The notes: generated from the letters alone by a model not told the origin. Shown: positions 8,453 to 23,025, numbered from the stretch's first letter. The stretch: 64,000 nt of DNA from Acidimicrobiaceae bacterium (GCA_018699415.1 JABIQM010000036.1:61-64060), one strand, 5' to 3'. Numbers and translations: made by a program.

Positions 8453-10288
8453 TCATACTCGCAGCGGATCGACCTCGACCCGCACGCGGGCAGCCGGTCT
8501 CTGCGTCACGGCAAGCGCGTCGAGAATCGGATCAAGGGTCTCGGCCCGAAGCAACCAGCCTCCATCACGGGGACCCCGAACCTGTATGCCGGGGGGCGAA
8601 CCGAACGACTCGATGAACGCCGCTCCCCCAGCCCCTGACACTGCAACCTGAGCTCCATACGGTGGCAGCTTGAGCGGCTGGCGGCGATCGCGTTCGGCCA
8701 TGGCAACGAGTGCCGGGTCTCCCCGCATCGCCGCCTGGATGACCTCATGTTCGGGCTGACGGGTCTGGATCACGAGTCGGGCCCCAAGTCGTCGCTCGCC
8801 TAGGAGTCGAGCGGCCCGAGCGACCATCGTCAGTGCCTGCTCAGCCGCCCGCTGGCGAAGGGCCAGAAGCTCTTGATCGAGATCGAGAAACACAACCACG
8901 TCGGCCTCCTCCACTCGATGCAAGACAGCCTCGGTGCCAATAACGACTCGACTGTTCGGCAAGTTATCTGACTCACCGGTGACCTCATCGACGCGCTCCC
9001 CAACGAACGCCTCTAACTCCTCACGAGCCCGATCGACACCTACCCGCAGGTTCTTCAAGGTCGTCGAACCGCAATGGGCGCACACAACGGGGCGGTGCTC
9101 GGAACCATCGGGGCTTTCCAGGCGGTCTGCACGCAGCATCATGGGCTGGCCGCCGTTCTCGGTACGAACCAGTTCGCCACATTGGGCGCATGCCAGCAGC
9201 CGCGCCCGACCTTTTCGGTTGAGAACACAGACGACCCGCCCCTCACCGATGAACGAGTTGAGTCGCTCGGCAAAGGGTCCCGCTATCACCGGATCGTCGT
9301 CTCGCCGGTCAAGGACCTCCACCATCGGCCATGCCTCGCGTTCGACAGAACGCTCGAGTCGGAGCAGTTTGCCGACGCGCAGAGCTTCCAGGGATGGAGT
9401 TGGCGTGGCCAGCACCACGGGGACCCCCCGCCGCTTGGCTCGTTCGATCACGAGATCACGAGCATGCCACGCCGGTGTCCGTTCGTCTTTGAAGCGCTCG
9501 TCGTGCTCGTCGATCACCACGACAGCCGCCAATTCAGGCATCGGCATCCAGGCAGCAGATCGGGTTCCGATCACGGTGGCCCCGCCCGCGGCGACTGCCC
9601 AGCCATCAGGTGCCAACGCGGTCCGGACGCCGGCCCGCTTCAGGGCCAACGCGAGACGGCGCGCACGCGTCGCGTCTGGGACAAGAATCAAGGCATCGCC
9701 GAGACGGCACGCCGCCAAAGAAACCGCCACACCGTCGTCAGCAGGAGGGACCCGCACCACCGCCGACTCGAGTTCAAAGGCCTGACCAAAGACATCGCGA
9801 GGCCCGCTCGGGACCGGCCGCCGAGGCGGGGCCGTTACGGGCGCTGCAACCATGCGCGACGGTGAGGCGGCCCGTAGAAACGCGACTCGTCGGCCCGCCC
9901 ATCTCCACGCTGACCATTCGGCCAGTTCGATTAATTCGGGCGTCGGCCCCATCCCGCTGAGCTTGGCAAGAGGAACCAGGCCGACACCGGGCTCTGGTTC
10001 GATGTCGACCGCGGTCACCCACCCGGCAACCCGTCGGCCCGCCAATGGGACCCGCACCATTGATCCAATGGTGATGCGAGATCCTCGGCTGTCCTTGTCC
10101 CACGCCAACGGAATCAGATAATCGAACTCTTTGTCAATGGCGGGAACATCAGGGAGCACACGCACGACCCGCCCCGGGGGGCGGGTGGTGCTTACGTCGT
10201 TAGAAGCGGTGTCGTGAGCAGCCGGGATCGCATCCTCGGGGAGGACGGCCTCGCCAAGATCGAACGAGCCCTGACCGGAATCGCTCAG
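8453..10288 (-). CDS. priA: Primosomal protein N' (PriA), degenerate helicase motifs; start codon uncertain
   Basis: 3'-DNA-binding domain (FDYLIP...[17 protein letters not shown]), [40 protein letters not shown]. Follows metK as usual. Confidence 0.85.
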   Translation of the reverse strand: MSDSGQGSFDLGEAVLPEDAIPAAHDTASNDVSTTRPPGRVVRVLPDVPAIDKEFDYLIPLAWDKDSRGSRITIGSMVRVPLAGRRVAGWVTAVDIEPEPGVGLVPLAKLSGMGPTPELIELAEWSAWRWAGRRVAFLRAASPSRMVAAPVTAPPRRPVPSGPRDVFGQAFELESAVVRVPPADDGVAVSLAACRLGDALILVPDATRARRLALALKRAGVRTALAPDGWAVAAGGATVIGTRSAAWMPMPELAAVVVIDEHDERFKDERTPAWHARDLVIERAKRRGVPVVLATPTPSLEALRVGKLLRLERSVEREAWPMVEVLDRRDDDPVIAGPFAERLNSFIGEGRVVCVLNRKGRARLLACAQCGELVRTENGGQPMMLRADRLESPDGSEHRPVVCAHCGSTTLKNLRVGVDRAREELEAFVGERVDEVTGESDNLPNSRVVIGTEAVLHRVEEADVVVFLDLDQELLALRQRAAEQALTMVARAARLLGERRLGARLVIQTRQPEHEVIQAAMRGDPALVAMAERDRRQPLKLPPYGAQVAVSGAGGAAFIESFGSPPGIQVRGPRDGGWLLRAETLDPILDALAVTQRPAARVRVEVDPLRV

Positions 10289-11487
10289 AGCCCGAGCGCC
10301 GACTTCAGATGGTCGACTCGGTCGGTTCTCTCCCACGGGAACATGCCGTCCTTGGGTTCGCGACCGAAGTGGCCGTAGGCCGCAGTCGTCCGATAAATCG
10401 GCCGACGGAGATCAAGGTCACGCATGATGGCACCAGGCCGAAGATCAAACACCTCGTCGATCGCCTTCTCGATGGCTGCGTGGTCGACGCGCTCGGTGCC
10501 GAAGGTATCGACGAGGACCGACATGGGTCGGGCCATACCAATCGCGTAGGCAACCTGAATCTCACATCGGGACGCAGCGCCCGAGGCCACAATGTTTTTC
10601 GCAACCCAGCGGGTGGCGTAGGCAGCCGAACGGTCGACCTTCGATGGGTCCTTACCCGAGAACGCCCCACCACCGTGGCGGGCCATGCCCCCGTAGGTGT
10701 CGACAATGATCTTGCGGCCGGTGAGACCGGCGTCGCCCACAGGTCCACCGATCACGAAGCGACCAGTCGGATTGACGTGAACTTCATAGTCATCGTCGGC
10801 GAACTGTTCTGGGATGACGGGGCGGATCACATGCTCGATCAGGTCCGGCCGGATCATCGTGTCTCGGTCGATGCCATCATTGTGCTGCGTCGAGACCAGC
10901 ACGGTCTTGAGGCGCACGGGCCGATTGCCCTCGTACTCGAAGGTGACCTGGGTCTTGGCGTCAGGGCGCAGGTACGGGATTTGACCGGACTTGCGAACCT
11001 CCGCGTGTTTTTCAGCCATTCGGTGCGCCAGGTTGATGGGCAGAGGCATGAGGACGTCAGTCTCTTCACAGGCGTAGCCGAACATCATTCCTTGATCGCC
11101 GGCCCCCTGCTTGTCAAACTCGTCTTGCTCGCCCGCCGACCCGGATCGGACCTCTTCAGAGGCGCTGACACCCTGGGAAATATCTGGCGACTGCTCGTCG
11201 ATGCTGACCATGACACCGCAGGTATTGCCGTCGAATCCAAAGGATTCACGGTCATAGCCAATCTCGTTAATGGTCCGGCGAACCGTGCCGGGGATATCGA
11301 CATAGGCCTGGGTGGTGATCTCGCCAGCTACGACGGCGAGACCCGTGGTGACCATCGTCTCGCACGCCACCCGGCTGAGCGGATCCTGGGCCAGCATGGC
11401 ATCGAGAATGGCATCCGATATTTGGTCGGCCATCTTGTCGGGATGGCCCTCTGAAACGCTTTCAGAGGTAAAAGTCCACTTGGTCAC
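10285..11487 (-). CDS. metK: S-adenosylmethionine synthetase
   Basis: [38 protein letters not shown]. Confidence 0.98.
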   Translation of the reverse strand: MTKWTFTSESVSEGHPDKMADQISDAILDAMLAQDPLSRVACETMVTTGLAVVAGEITTQAYVDIPGTVRRTINEIGYDRESFGFDGNTCGVMVSIDEQSPDISQGVSASEEVRSGSAGEQDEFDKQGAGDQGMMFGYACEETDVLMPLPINLAHRMAEKHAEVRKSGQIPYLRPDAKTQVTFEYEGNRPVRLKTVLVSTQHNDGIDRDTMIRPDLIEHVIRPVIPEQFADDDYEVHVNPTGRFVIGGPVGDAGLTGRKIIVDTYGGMARHGGGAFSGKDPSKVDRSAAYATRWVAKNIVASGAASRCEIQVAYAIGMARPMSVLVDTFGTERVDHAAIEKAIDEVFDLRPGAIMRDLDLRRPIYRTTAAYGHFGREPKDGMFPWERTDRVDHLKSALGL

Positions 11488-11514
11488 AAAAGCTCCTAGA
11501 ACTGCAAAGAGTAG

Positions 11515-12708
11515 TTACGAACGGTAGCCGAGCGCAGCGTCAAGCACTGCACACGCGATCTCGCGCTTATCCGACAAGGGCACATCATGCCGTGTCCCAT
11601 CAGAAAGGAGAAGAACAACCTCGTTCGTCGAGTGCCCGAAGCCAACATTCGGCTTACTGACATCATTCGCAACGATCAGATCGAGGTTCTTCCGAGCGAG
11701 TTTGCCGGCGGCGTTGGTGACAAGGTCGTCGGTCTCTGCAGCAAACCCGATCAGAGTCTGTCCGGCGGGCTTGGCGGCGCCAAGTGTGGCCAAAATGTCG
11801 ATCGTCGGCACCAGCACCACGGCGGGAGCCCCGTCGACTTTCTTGAGCTTTCCGTCGGCAGGTTCGGCGGGGCGGAAGTCCGCAACGGCAGCCGCCATGA
11901 CAACAAGTGCTGAATCTGGAGCCTCGAGCTCACACGCTGCGGCCATCTCTGCTGCAGTCTCAACAGCGATGATTCGCACGCCTGTTGGCGCCGAGTTCGG
12001 CTGGGTGGTGACGAGCACAACATCTGCGCCACGAGAAGCTGCCTCAGCAGCAACCGCGTTGCCTTGCTTGCCCGAGGACCGATTCGCGATATATCGCACA
12101 GCATCGATCGGCTCGCGGGTGCCACCCGCGCTGACCAGCACCTTCTGTCCCAACAGTTCACCACCGCCGAGGGCAGCCTCTACCGCTGCAAGCACCGTGG
12201 CGGACTCAGGGAGACGCCCGTGACCCATATCGCCGCCCGCCAGCTGGCCGCTCTCGGGCGCTACGATCAGCACCCCGCGATCAGCTAGCACCGCAAGATT
12301 CTCTTGCACCGAAGGCTGTTCCCACATCTCGGTGTGCATCGCGGGGCAGACCATCACTGGCGCCCTGGTGGCAAGAATTGTGGCAGTAAGTAGATCAGCA
12401 CTGCGCCCGGTACGCATGTCGCTCAGCACGCGAGCAGTGGCCGGGCAGACCAAGATCAAATCGGCCGACTGGCCTATCGTTGTATGCGGGATCGGCGTCT
12501 CGGGATCATCGAACAGTGACGTGCGCACCGGCTCGCTGGCCAATGCCGAGAAGGTGGTTTCGCCGACCATGCGTCGTCCACCTGACGTGAGGATCGGTAC
12601 AACGTGTGCGCCAGCGTCGACCAGTCGACGACAGACCTCGACGGCCTTATAAGCAGCAATTCCGCCAGTTACTCCGAGAACAATTCGGCGACCAGCGAGT
12701 GAACTCAT
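11515..12708 (-). CDS. coaBC: Bifunctional phosphopantothenoylcysteine decarboxylase/synthetase
   Basis: GVTGGIAAYKA, PATA, PAMHTEMW, AGGTREPIDAVRYIANRSSGKQG, GFAAET. Confidence 0.96.
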   Translation of the reverse strand: MSSLAGRRIVLGVTGGIAAYKAVEVCRRLVDAGAHVVPILTSGGRRMVGETTFSALASEPVRTSLFDDPETPIPHTTIGQSADLILVCPATARVLSDMRTGRSADLLTATILATRAPVMVCPAMHTEMWEQPSVQENLAVLADRGVLIVAPESGQLAGGDMGHGRLPESATVLAAVEAALGGGELLGQKVLVSAGGTREPIDAVRYIANRSSGKQGNAVAAEAASRGADVVLVTTQPNSAPTGVRIIAVETAAEMAAACELEAPDSALVVMAAAVADFRPAEPADGKLKKVDGAPAVVLVPTIDILATLGAAKPAGQTLIGFAAETDDLVTNAAGKLARKNLDLIVANDVSKPNVGFGHSTNEVVLLLSDGTRHDVPLSDKREIACAVLDAALGYRS

Positions 12709-12722
12709 GCATTGATCCAGGT

Positions 12723-13052
12723 TCAGGCGCTGTCATCGCTGCTGAGTGCCTTGGCAGCAATTGCCTCGGCCTCAGCGAGCGCAGCGGCTTCAGCCTCAGC
12801 GTCCGGGTCGTATTCTTCGGCGACGATCTTGTCGATAGCGATTTCTTCGAAAGCGATGGAGAGAGGCTTGGCGGCAGTCGACGTCACCTGCGGCGGCACG
12901 GAGGCGCCGACACTTTGACTGAGTTGGCCGACATAGCTGGTGATCTCGCGGCTACGCATTGCCGAGAGCGAGACGAGACGGAACTTGGACCCTGTCTTCT
13001 CAAGAAGCTCCTCGATTGCGGGGTTCATCATCGTGTCGTAGCCGTGCGCCAT
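12723..13052 (-). CDS. rpoZ: RNA polymerase omega subunit
   Basis: PAIEELLEKTGSKFRLV...R.REI...KPLSIAFEEI. Conserved gmk-rpoZ-coaBC order. Confidence 0.92.
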   Translation of the reverse strand: MAHGYDTMMNPAIEELLEKTGSKFRLVSLSAMRSREITSYVGQLSQSVGASVPPQVTSTAAKPLSIAFEEIAIDKIVAEEYDPDAEAEAAALAEAEAIAAKALSSDDSA

Positions 13053-13099
13053 TGCGGTTCTCCGAGATCGTCGACGGGCTGGAAGTCCAGCGGTGTAGG

Positions 13100-13669
13100 T
13101 TAGCAGGGGTCGAGCGTCGATCGGCGCTGCTCGATGAGCCCATGGATCTCTTCGATTGCGGTCTCAAGCAGGTCGTTGATGACCACGATGGCACCGAGTC
13201 CGGTTGCCACCTCGACCTCTTCGTCCGCCTTTGCAAGTCGCTTCGCAACCTTCTCGTCCGGATCACCTCGGTGTCGGAGACGCCGCTCCTGATGGTCGCG
13301 AGACGGCGCGTCGATGAAGACAACCAGAGCGTTTGGGAAGTGCTCAAGAATTTGAGCGGCACCGTGGACATCGATTTCGAAGACCACGTCGTGTCCGGCA
13401 GGCGGATCCGGCATCGGCGTACCCTGGAAGTAGTCGAGAAACTCCACCCACTCGAGGAAACCGTCATTGTCGACATGGCTGAGAAACAGCTCACGGTTGG
13501 TGAAATGATACGCCTCCATCGATTCACCGGGGCGCCGTGCGCGAGTGGTCCAGCTTCTCGAGAGCCACAGCAGAGGATCACGGTCGAGTAGTTGTGCGAC
13601 GATCGTACCCTTGCCGACTCCGCCGGGCCCAGAGATGACGATCACCAGGCGGTCATTGAGTGAACTCAT
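13100..13669 (-). CDS. gmk: Guanylate kinase
   Basis: SGPGGVGKGT, SWTTRARRPGE, FLEW, FEIDVHGA. Confidence 0.93.
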   Translation of the reverse strand: MSSLNDRLVIVISGPGGVGKGTIVAQLLDRDPLLWLSRSWTTRARRPGESMEAYHFTNRELFLSHVDNDGFLEWVEFLDYFQGTPMPDPPAGHDVVFEIDVHGAAQILEHFPNALVVFIDAPSRDHQERRLRHRGDPDEKVAKRLAKADEEVEVATGLGAIVVINDLLETAIEEIHGLIEQRRSTLDPC

Positions 13670-13687
13670 GAAGGCGGCGTCCCCTTC

Positions 13688-14005
13688 TCAACCAAACGCT
13701 GCCAAGAGTTCTCTGCGCTGCTTCTCACCCAATCCGCGAAGACGGCGGTTCTGAGCGATACCGATCGAGTCCATCGTGCGCCGAGCTTTCACCTTGCCCA
13801 CCCCGGGGAGAGACTCAAGAACAGCCAGCACCTTGGTCTTGGCCACCGTCTCATCGCTATCGGCTTGAACCAGTAACTCGGGGAACGAGATCGACCCCAC
13901 CTTCAGCAACCGCTTCAGCTCCGCGCGAACCTGTCGCGCTTCAGCCGCCTTCTCAAGCGCAGCGATGCGTGCTTCGTCGGTGAGTTGCGGGGGCTGGGAA
14001 GACAT
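13688..14005 (-). CDS. mihF: Actinobacterial integration host factor (mIHF/sIHF)
   Basis: ALEKAAEAR..RAELK, KV..VLESLPGVGKVKA, RRLRGLGEKQR. Located between pyrF and gmk. Confidence 0.92.
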   Translation of the reverse strand: MSSQPPQLTDEARIAALEKAAEARQVRAELKRLLKVGSISFPELLVQADSDETVAKTKVLAVLESLPGVGKVKARRTMDSIGIAQNRRLRGLGEKQRRELLAAFG

Positions 14006-14119
14006 TGATTGGACCCTAGCGGTTGGTGCTGGTCAGAGAGGTGACGCAAGATCGAGAGCATTTCCCAATGACCATGCCAACTTCACACCGCCTTCGTCGG
14101 AGAAGAGTCGTACTGGCTC

Positions 14120-14833
14120 TCAGCCAGAGCTAGCCGCTGCAGCGTAAACCGCTTGAGCAGCTGCGACCGGATCAGACGCGTTGGTGACTGTTCGCCCGAT
14201 CACGAGCAGATCGGCGCCATCGTTGAGCGCCGTGTGGGGTGATGCCGGTTTGGCCTGATCGTCGACCTTGTCGCCTGGGAGACGGATACCGGGCGTGACC
14301 CGAAGCAGGCGCGGGGAGTAGTGGTGTGCCTCTGCAAGCTCACTCACCGAGCACACGATGCCGCTGCACCCAGCTTCCGCCGCCAGCATGACGCGCTTCG
14401 GCATGATGTGCGATGGGGCATCGCCGTCACTGGTAAGGACGGTGATAGCGAGTGAGTGGGGCTGCTCGAGACCAGCGTTGTGAGCACCTTGCTGCAGGCC
14501 GTCAGCGCCGGCACGGAGCATGTCGACGCCTCCATGGGCGTGCATCGTGAGGTACTGGACGCCAAGGGCGCCTAGCACACGGGCCGCCTTCCCAACCGTG
14601 GTCGGAATGTCGTGAAGCTTCAAATCGAGAAACACCTTGTAGCCCAGGTCAGCAATGGCGCCTATGGCTTCAGGACCTGCGGCCGAGTAGAGTTCCAGAC
14701 CGACTTTGGCCACACCGAAGTACGGCTTGAGCTCTCGCCCAAGACGAATAGCAGCCACCAGATCGTCAACGTCGAGTGCCAGGGCAAGCTTGTCGCTTAC
14801 CGCCGAGTCGGTGGTGAGTGCAGTATCAGCCAT
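14120..14833 (-). CDS. pyrF: Orotidine-5'-phosphate decarboxylase
   Basis: ALALD, KVGLEL, FLDLKLHDIPTTV, TPGIR, LVIGR. Confidence 0.95.
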   Translation of the reverse strand: MADTALTTDSAVSDKLALALDVDDLVAAIRLGRELKPYFGVAKVGLELYSAAGPEAIGAIADLGYKVFLDLKLHDIPTTVGKAARVLGALGVQYLTMHAHGGVDMLRAGADGLQQGAHNAGLEQPHSLAITVLTSDGDAPSHIMPKRVMLAAEAGCSGIVCSVSELAEAHHYSPRLLRVTPGIRLPGDKVDDQAKPASPHTALNDGADLLVIGRTVTNASDPVAAAQAVYAAAASSG

Positions 14834-15736
14834 GGGCAGCTCCGATCAGTTCTGCGACGGTGGAAACTCCCCGTCGCTCACACCATTTTTCAAATTCTTT
14901 CAAGATTCGCCGCGGTGCACGCGGGTCTGCGAAGGTCGCAGTCCCGACCTCCACAGCCGAGGCTCCAGCAAGCAGAAACTCTACGACATCAGCGCCGCTC
15001 GTCGTGCCACCCACCCCAACGATGGGCAAGTGGGGCAGGGCTTCATGGACGTCATAGACGGCTCGAACAGCGACAGGGTGCATGGCTGCTCCCGACAATC
15101 CGCCTCGGCCTGCACCCAGCACGGGCTTGCGCGTATTGACGTCGATTACCATGCCCAGAAGAGTGTTAGTCAGGACCACGGCCTCTGCTCCGGCCGTGTG
15201 TGCGGCGTCGGCAATCTCGGGCAAATCAGCCGCATTCGGACTGAGTTTGGCCCAACGGGGGCGGCCACACGCCGCGGCAGCTTCAACTGCCTCAGCGGTT
15301 GCAGTTGCCGAGTGAGCGAACATCCGGCGGCGGTCTTCGAGATTGGGGCACGAGACGTTGACCTCCACTGCGACAACGCCGTGGGGGGCGTCAGCGAGAG
15401 CAACGGCTGCAGCCTCATAGTCGGTGATCGATTCACCCCAGATGCTGGCCACTACCGTGGCGCCCGTCTCCAGCAATGGTGGAAGATCGTGTTCAAGCCA
15501 GTGGGCAATCCCCTCCCCTTGCAATCCGACGCTATTGATCATCCCTGCGGCTGTGGGATACACGCGAGGGGATGGATTGCCAGCCCATTGTTGAGCGCGC
15601 ATCGATTTCACCACCACCGCTCCGAGTTCAACCGGTTTCAGGTACCGGGCTAACTCCGCCCCATGGCCGGCAGTGCCGGACGCAGTAAGGACGGGGGCGC
15701 TGAGACCGACGGAGCCGATCTGGGTGATGGTGTCGA

Positions 15737-15740
<4 letters not shown>
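14826..15740 (-). CDS. pyrD: Dihydroorotate dehydrogenase family 1, catalytic subunit; probable non-canonical start
   Basis: [10 protein letters not shown] lies upstream of the ORF-track start. Also [21 protein letters not shown] (catalytic Cys), KLSPN, GGLSG. Confidence 0.92.
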
Positions 15741-19035
<3,295 letters not shown>

Positions 19036-19036
<1 letters not shown>

Positions 19037-20154
19037 TACGCCGCTCCCTTGCCATCGCTCGAAACTCGCCGTGAACTGTTCTCATCCATCAGTTCCGCAA
19101 ACTCATCGAAAAGATAACGACTGTCATGCGGGCCAGGACCTGCTTCAGGGTGGTACTGCACGCTGAACGCGGGGTACTCGTTGTGCACCAGGCCCTCCAG
19201 GGCACCGTCATTGAGACAGAAGTGGGTTTCGGTGACGTTCGGAACTGAGCCGATCTCCACCGCGAAGTTATGGTTCTGGGCGGTGATCTCAACCTTGCCC
19301 GTGCGGACGTCCTGCACCGGCACATTGCCGCCATGGTGGCCGAACTTCATCTTGAACGTGCGCCCACCAAGGGCGAGCGATAGCAACTGATGGCCAAGGC
19401 AGATCCCAAAGATCGGCACCTCGCCGATGAGCTTGGGGAGCTCATCGTTGATCGGACCCGCAACCTCAGGGTCACCCGGCCCGTTCGACAGAAATACACC
19501 ATCAGGCTCCATTGCCATCACCTCTACCGCAGGAGTGTCGGCGGGCACGACGGTGACTGTGGCGAACTCACCAAGGTGACGAAGCATTGTGGCCTTCACA
19601 CCGAAGTCATAGGCGACGACCTTGCGGGGGCCGTTACCGACGACATAGGACTCCTTGGTGCTGACAAGGCCTACGAGATTGACACCGTCGGTGCCGGGCT
19701 CGGCTTTGGCCGCCGCACGCAAAACGGCTTCATCGGCCGGACCGAATGCTCCGGGCATCGCTCCCGAGTCACGTATGTGACGGGTGAGGCGGCGAGTATC
19801 GATTCCGGCGATTCCGGCCAAATTGTGGCGACGCAGGAATGCGTCGAGGTGTTCCTCGCTTCGCCAATTGCTGTGGCGGCGAGCGAGATCCCGGATGATT
19901 ACCCCGCGGCAGAACGGGCGGGCCGCTTCATCGTCAGCGGCATTCACGCCGTAGTTCCCGATGTGGGGGTAGGTGAAGGTAATGATCTGACCGGCGTAGG
20001 AGGGATCAGTGATGACCTCCTGGTAGCCCGACAATACGGTGTTGAACACCACTTCACCGGTGGCCACGCCGTTGGTGGGGTCGGCCCCAATCCCCTCGCC
20101 TTCGAAGACTTCGCCGTCAGCAAGTACGAGCTGATACTCGCGAATGTCGCTCAT
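19036..20154 (-). CDS. carA: Carbamoyl-phosphate synthase small subunit
   Basis: [33 protein letters not shown]. Confidence 0.98.
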
Positions 20155-21452
20155 CGTGTGGCGCTTCCTTCCTGCACGACGAGATCGCCGTTATAGATCG
20201 TGTGACGCACAACACCGCGTAGGGCGCGGCCTTCGTACGGAGTATTGGCACTACGGCTGGCCATGGCTGAACCGCTGACGGTCCAGGTGCCCTCTGGGTC
20301 AACGACGACGAGATTAGCGACCTCCCCGACAACGATCGGACGACCATGCTGGTCGTCGATTCCAGCGACGCGGGCTGGCCGCCAAGACATAAGCGCCACA
20401 ATCTCCTCAATGGGGAGATCAAGCTCGGTATTGGCCAGAGCAAAGGCTGTTTCAAGGCCAAGCATCCCTGGAGGGGCATCAGCGAACGTGCCGTCCTTGG
20501 CGTGCGCAGCGTGCGGCGCATGGTCGGTGGCGATGGCATCAATGGTGCCATCGGCTAAGCCATCCTTGATCGCCATGATGTCGGCCCCCGTGCGCAGAGG
20601 CGGGTGCACCTTGAACACCGGATCAAAGCCCGCACAAGCGCTGTGGTCGAGTGTGAAATGATGAGTCGTGACCTCGGCAGTGACTGGAAGGCCAGCCTCC
20701 TTCGCCGCTCGCACCATGGCGACGCCTCCAGCCGTAGAGACGTGCTGGAAATGTACGCGGCTACCGGTCAGCCGAGTCAGTGCTATGTCCCGCATGATCA
20801 TCAACTCTTCGGCCTCAGCCGTCTGACCAGGAATACCAAGACGGCTCGACCAGTCACCTTCGTGCATCAGCCCGCCACGGCTCAGGGATTCGATCTCGCA
20901 GTGCTGAGCGAGAACGATCGGGAAACCGTTACTGAGATGGGTCAGGCTGCCGACATATTCAAGAGCCGAACGCATGACTCGCTCGTCCTGCACGCCAGCG
21001 CCATCATCGGTGAAGATTCGCACGCCGAGACGCACGAGCTCAGCCATCGGGGTGAGCTGTTCGCCCGCCCGAGCGACCGTAATAGCCGCAGACGGATACA
21101 CGTCACACAGGTTGGCCGCAGCGGCGAGCTCGCTGACTTGCCGCACCACGGCCGCCGAGTCGATCGTTGGCGAGGTGTTCGGCATCGCGATGACTGCCGT
21201 GTAGCCGCCGAGCGCCGCGCCGCGCGCACCGGTCTCAATGGTCTCAGCTTCCTCGTAGCCAGGCTCACGAAGGTGCGCGTGGAGGTCAACGAAGCCGGGA
21301 GCAACAACGCAGCCATCGGCGACAAGCGTGACGTCGCCGGTGAGAGCAGAGCCAACGTCAACGATTCTGCCATCTGCGATCAAAACATCGGATTGTCGAG
21401 TGCCGGTTTCATCGACAAGCTGGGCACCGATGATGGCGATGGACTGGGTCAT
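20151..21452 (-). CDS. pyrC: Dihydroorotase (class I)
   Basis: DLHAHLREPG, AMPNT, ATDHAPH. Confidence 0.95.
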   Translation of the reverse strand: MTQSIAIIGAQLVDETGTRQSDVLIADGRIVDVGSALTGDVTLVADGCVVAPGFVDLHAHLREPGYEEAETIETGARGAALGGYTAVIAMPNTSPTIDSAAVVRQVSELAAAANLCDVYPSAAITVARAGEQLTPMAELVRLGVRIFTDDGAGVQDERVMRSALEYVGSLTHLSNGFPIVLAQHCEIESLSRGGLMHEGDWSSRLGIPGQTAEAEELMIMRDIALTRLTGSRVHFQHVSTAGGVAMVRAAKEAGLPVTAEVTTHHFTLDHSACAGFDPVFKVHPPLRTGADIMAIKDGLADGTIDAIATDHAPHAAHAKDGTFADAPPGMLGLETAFALANTELDLPIEEIVALMSWRPARVAGIDDQHGRPIVVGEVANLVVVDPEGTWTVSGSAMASRSANTPYEGRALRGVVRHTIYNGDLVVQEGSATR

Positions 21453-22399
21453 GCCGCCACCCGCTTTCCGTCAATGATGTCGAGCCCACTGCCGAGGAGC
21501 AGGAAAAGCACCGCCATTCGCACTGACACACCATTAGCGACTTGCTCCGTGATGACCGCGTTTGGCCGATCGGCGACCTCGCCTGCGATTTCAACGCCCC
21601 TATTCATCGGGCCGGGGTGCATGATCAGAGCGTCGCCGAGGCGGTCGGCACGGCGCACGTTAAGGCCATACTCGATGTGGAACTCCCGCAACGATGGGAC
21701 CACGGCATCCGTCTGGCGTTCGAGTTGCATACGCAGCAAGTAGCAAATATCGAGATCGTCGACGACCTCATCAAGATTGTGGGTGACTGTGACGGGCCAA
21801 CCCTCGAGATGGGTGGGCAGCAGCGTCTTCGGCGCTACCAGCGTGACCTTGGCACCCATTGTGGCAAAGGCCAGAGCGTTGGAACGAGCGACCCGACTGT
21901 GCTTGATGTCGCCCACGATGGCGATGTGCTTGCCGTCGAGGTCACCTAGGTGCTCACGAGCCGTATAGAGGTCAAGTAGAGACTGCGTGGGGTGTTGATG
22001 CCAACCGTCACCGGCGTTGATCACTGCTGCGTCGACCCACTCGGCAACGCGGTGCGGGGCTCCAGCGGCTCGATGACGCACAACGATGCCATCGACACCC
22101 ATAGCACTGATCGTCTCAACCGTGTCGCGCAGCGACTCACCCTTGTTTACCGACGACGAGCTGACGCTGAAGTTCATGGTGTCGGCCGAGAGTCGCTTGG
22201 CGGCTGTCTCGAACGACAGGCGAGTACGAGTGGAATCCTCGTAGAACAGCCAGGCGATCGTCTTGCCACGTAGTGCAGGAACTTTCGGGATTGACCGCTC
22301 CCCTACTTCAGCGAAGCTGTCGGTGAGCGTCATGAGTTGTTCGATGTCGTCCCGGTCGAGGTCGGCCATTGAGAGCAGATGCCGTTCGCCACCGATCAT
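21449..22399 (-). CDS. pyrB: Aspartate carbamoyltransferase catalytic subunit
   Basis: FYEDSTRTRLSFE, HPTQSLLD, HPGPMNRGVEI. Confidence 0.97.
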   Translation of the reverse strand: MIGGERHLLSMADLDRDDIEQLMTLTDSFAEVGERSIPKVPALRGKTIAWLFYEDSTRTRLSFETAAKRLSADTMNFSVSSSSVNKGESLRDTVETISAMGVDGIVVRHRAAGAPHRVAEWVDAAVINAGDGWHQHPTQSLLDLYTAREHLGDLDGKHIAIVGDIKHSRVARSNALAFATMGAKVTLVAPKTLLPTHLEGWPVTVTHNLDEVVDDLDICYLLRMQLERQTDAVVPSLREFHIEYGLNVRRADRLGDALIMHPGPMNRGVEIAGEVADRPNAVITEQVANGVSVRMAVLFLLLGSGLDIIDGKRVAA

Positions 22400-22968
22400 G
22401 TGATGTCTCCGAGGTCCACACCGTCGGCATTCACGTCGACAATTTCATCCTTGCGAGTTGGCAGGTTCTTACCCACATAGTCGGGGCGGATTGGTAGCTC
22501 CCGATGTCCACGGTCGACCATCACAGCGAGTTGGATCGCGCGAGGTCGGCCATAGCTGTGGATCGCGTCGAGGGCGGCCCGCACGGTGCGTCCGGTGTAG
22601 ATCACGTCATCGACCAGAACGATCACCTTGCCGGTCGGGTCGGTCGGCATCTCCGTTGCGGCCTCAGGCATCACCGGCCGTAGTCCAAAGTCGTCACGAT
22701 GCATCGTGGCATCGAGGGTGCCGACCGGAACCGAACCGGTCTCGACCTCCTCGATCATGCTGATGTCGGCGGCCAACCGATGGGCGAGATCGACCCCCCC
22801 GGTCTGCATGCCGATGATCACGACATCGTCGGCGCCATGGTTGCGCTCGAGGATCTCATGGGCCATACGACGAATCGCTCGAGAAACGTCGTCATCCGAC
22901 ATCACCTGGGTGCGAGCCTGAAACTGGCCGCTTTGCGGCGCAGCCAAGCCACGTTCTCGCTCTGCCAC
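22396..22968 (-). CDS. pyrR: Bifunctional pyr operon regulator / uracil PRTase
   Basis: RRMAHEILERN, VLVDDVIYTGRT, DRGHRELPIRPDYVGKN. Confidence 0.95.
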   Translation of the reverse strand: MAERERGLAAPQSGQFQARTQVMSDDDVSRAIRRMAHEILERNHGADDVVIIGMQTGGVDLAHRLAADISMIEEVETGSVPVGTLDATMHRDDFGLRPVMPEAATEMPTDPTGKVIVLVDDVIYTGRTVRAALDAIHSYGRPRAIQLAVMVDRGHRELPIRPDYVGKNLPTRKDEIVDVNADGVDLGDIT

Positions 22969-22980
22969 GTTGTCCTTCTT

Positions 22981-23019
22981 TCGTCCGTATGAGCCTCACG
23001 GGACTCATTTCACGGTCGA
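22981..23019 (-). promoter_or_regulatory. PyrR-binding RNA stem-loop in the pyrR leader
   Basis: The minus strand reads AGUCCCGUGAGGCU (23005-22992), matching the consensus ARUCCNGNGAGGYU. Upper stem AUGAGUC/GGCUCAU, GAA bulge, lower stem CCGU/ACGG, directly 5' of SD AAGAAGGA. Confidence 0.88.
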
Positions 23020-23025
23020 GATGGG

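Noticed and set aside
10309-11454. Long antisense ORFs over metK, and similar ones over pyrC (20604-21743), rel (40908-41834), fmt (5110-6135) and pyrD (14706-15653)
   Set aside because: Each fully overlaps a confidently identified conserved gene on the other strand and has no family features.
11488-11514. Possible SAM riboswitch before metK
   Set aside because: Only 27 nt separate coaBC and metK, containing just an SD (AGGAG).
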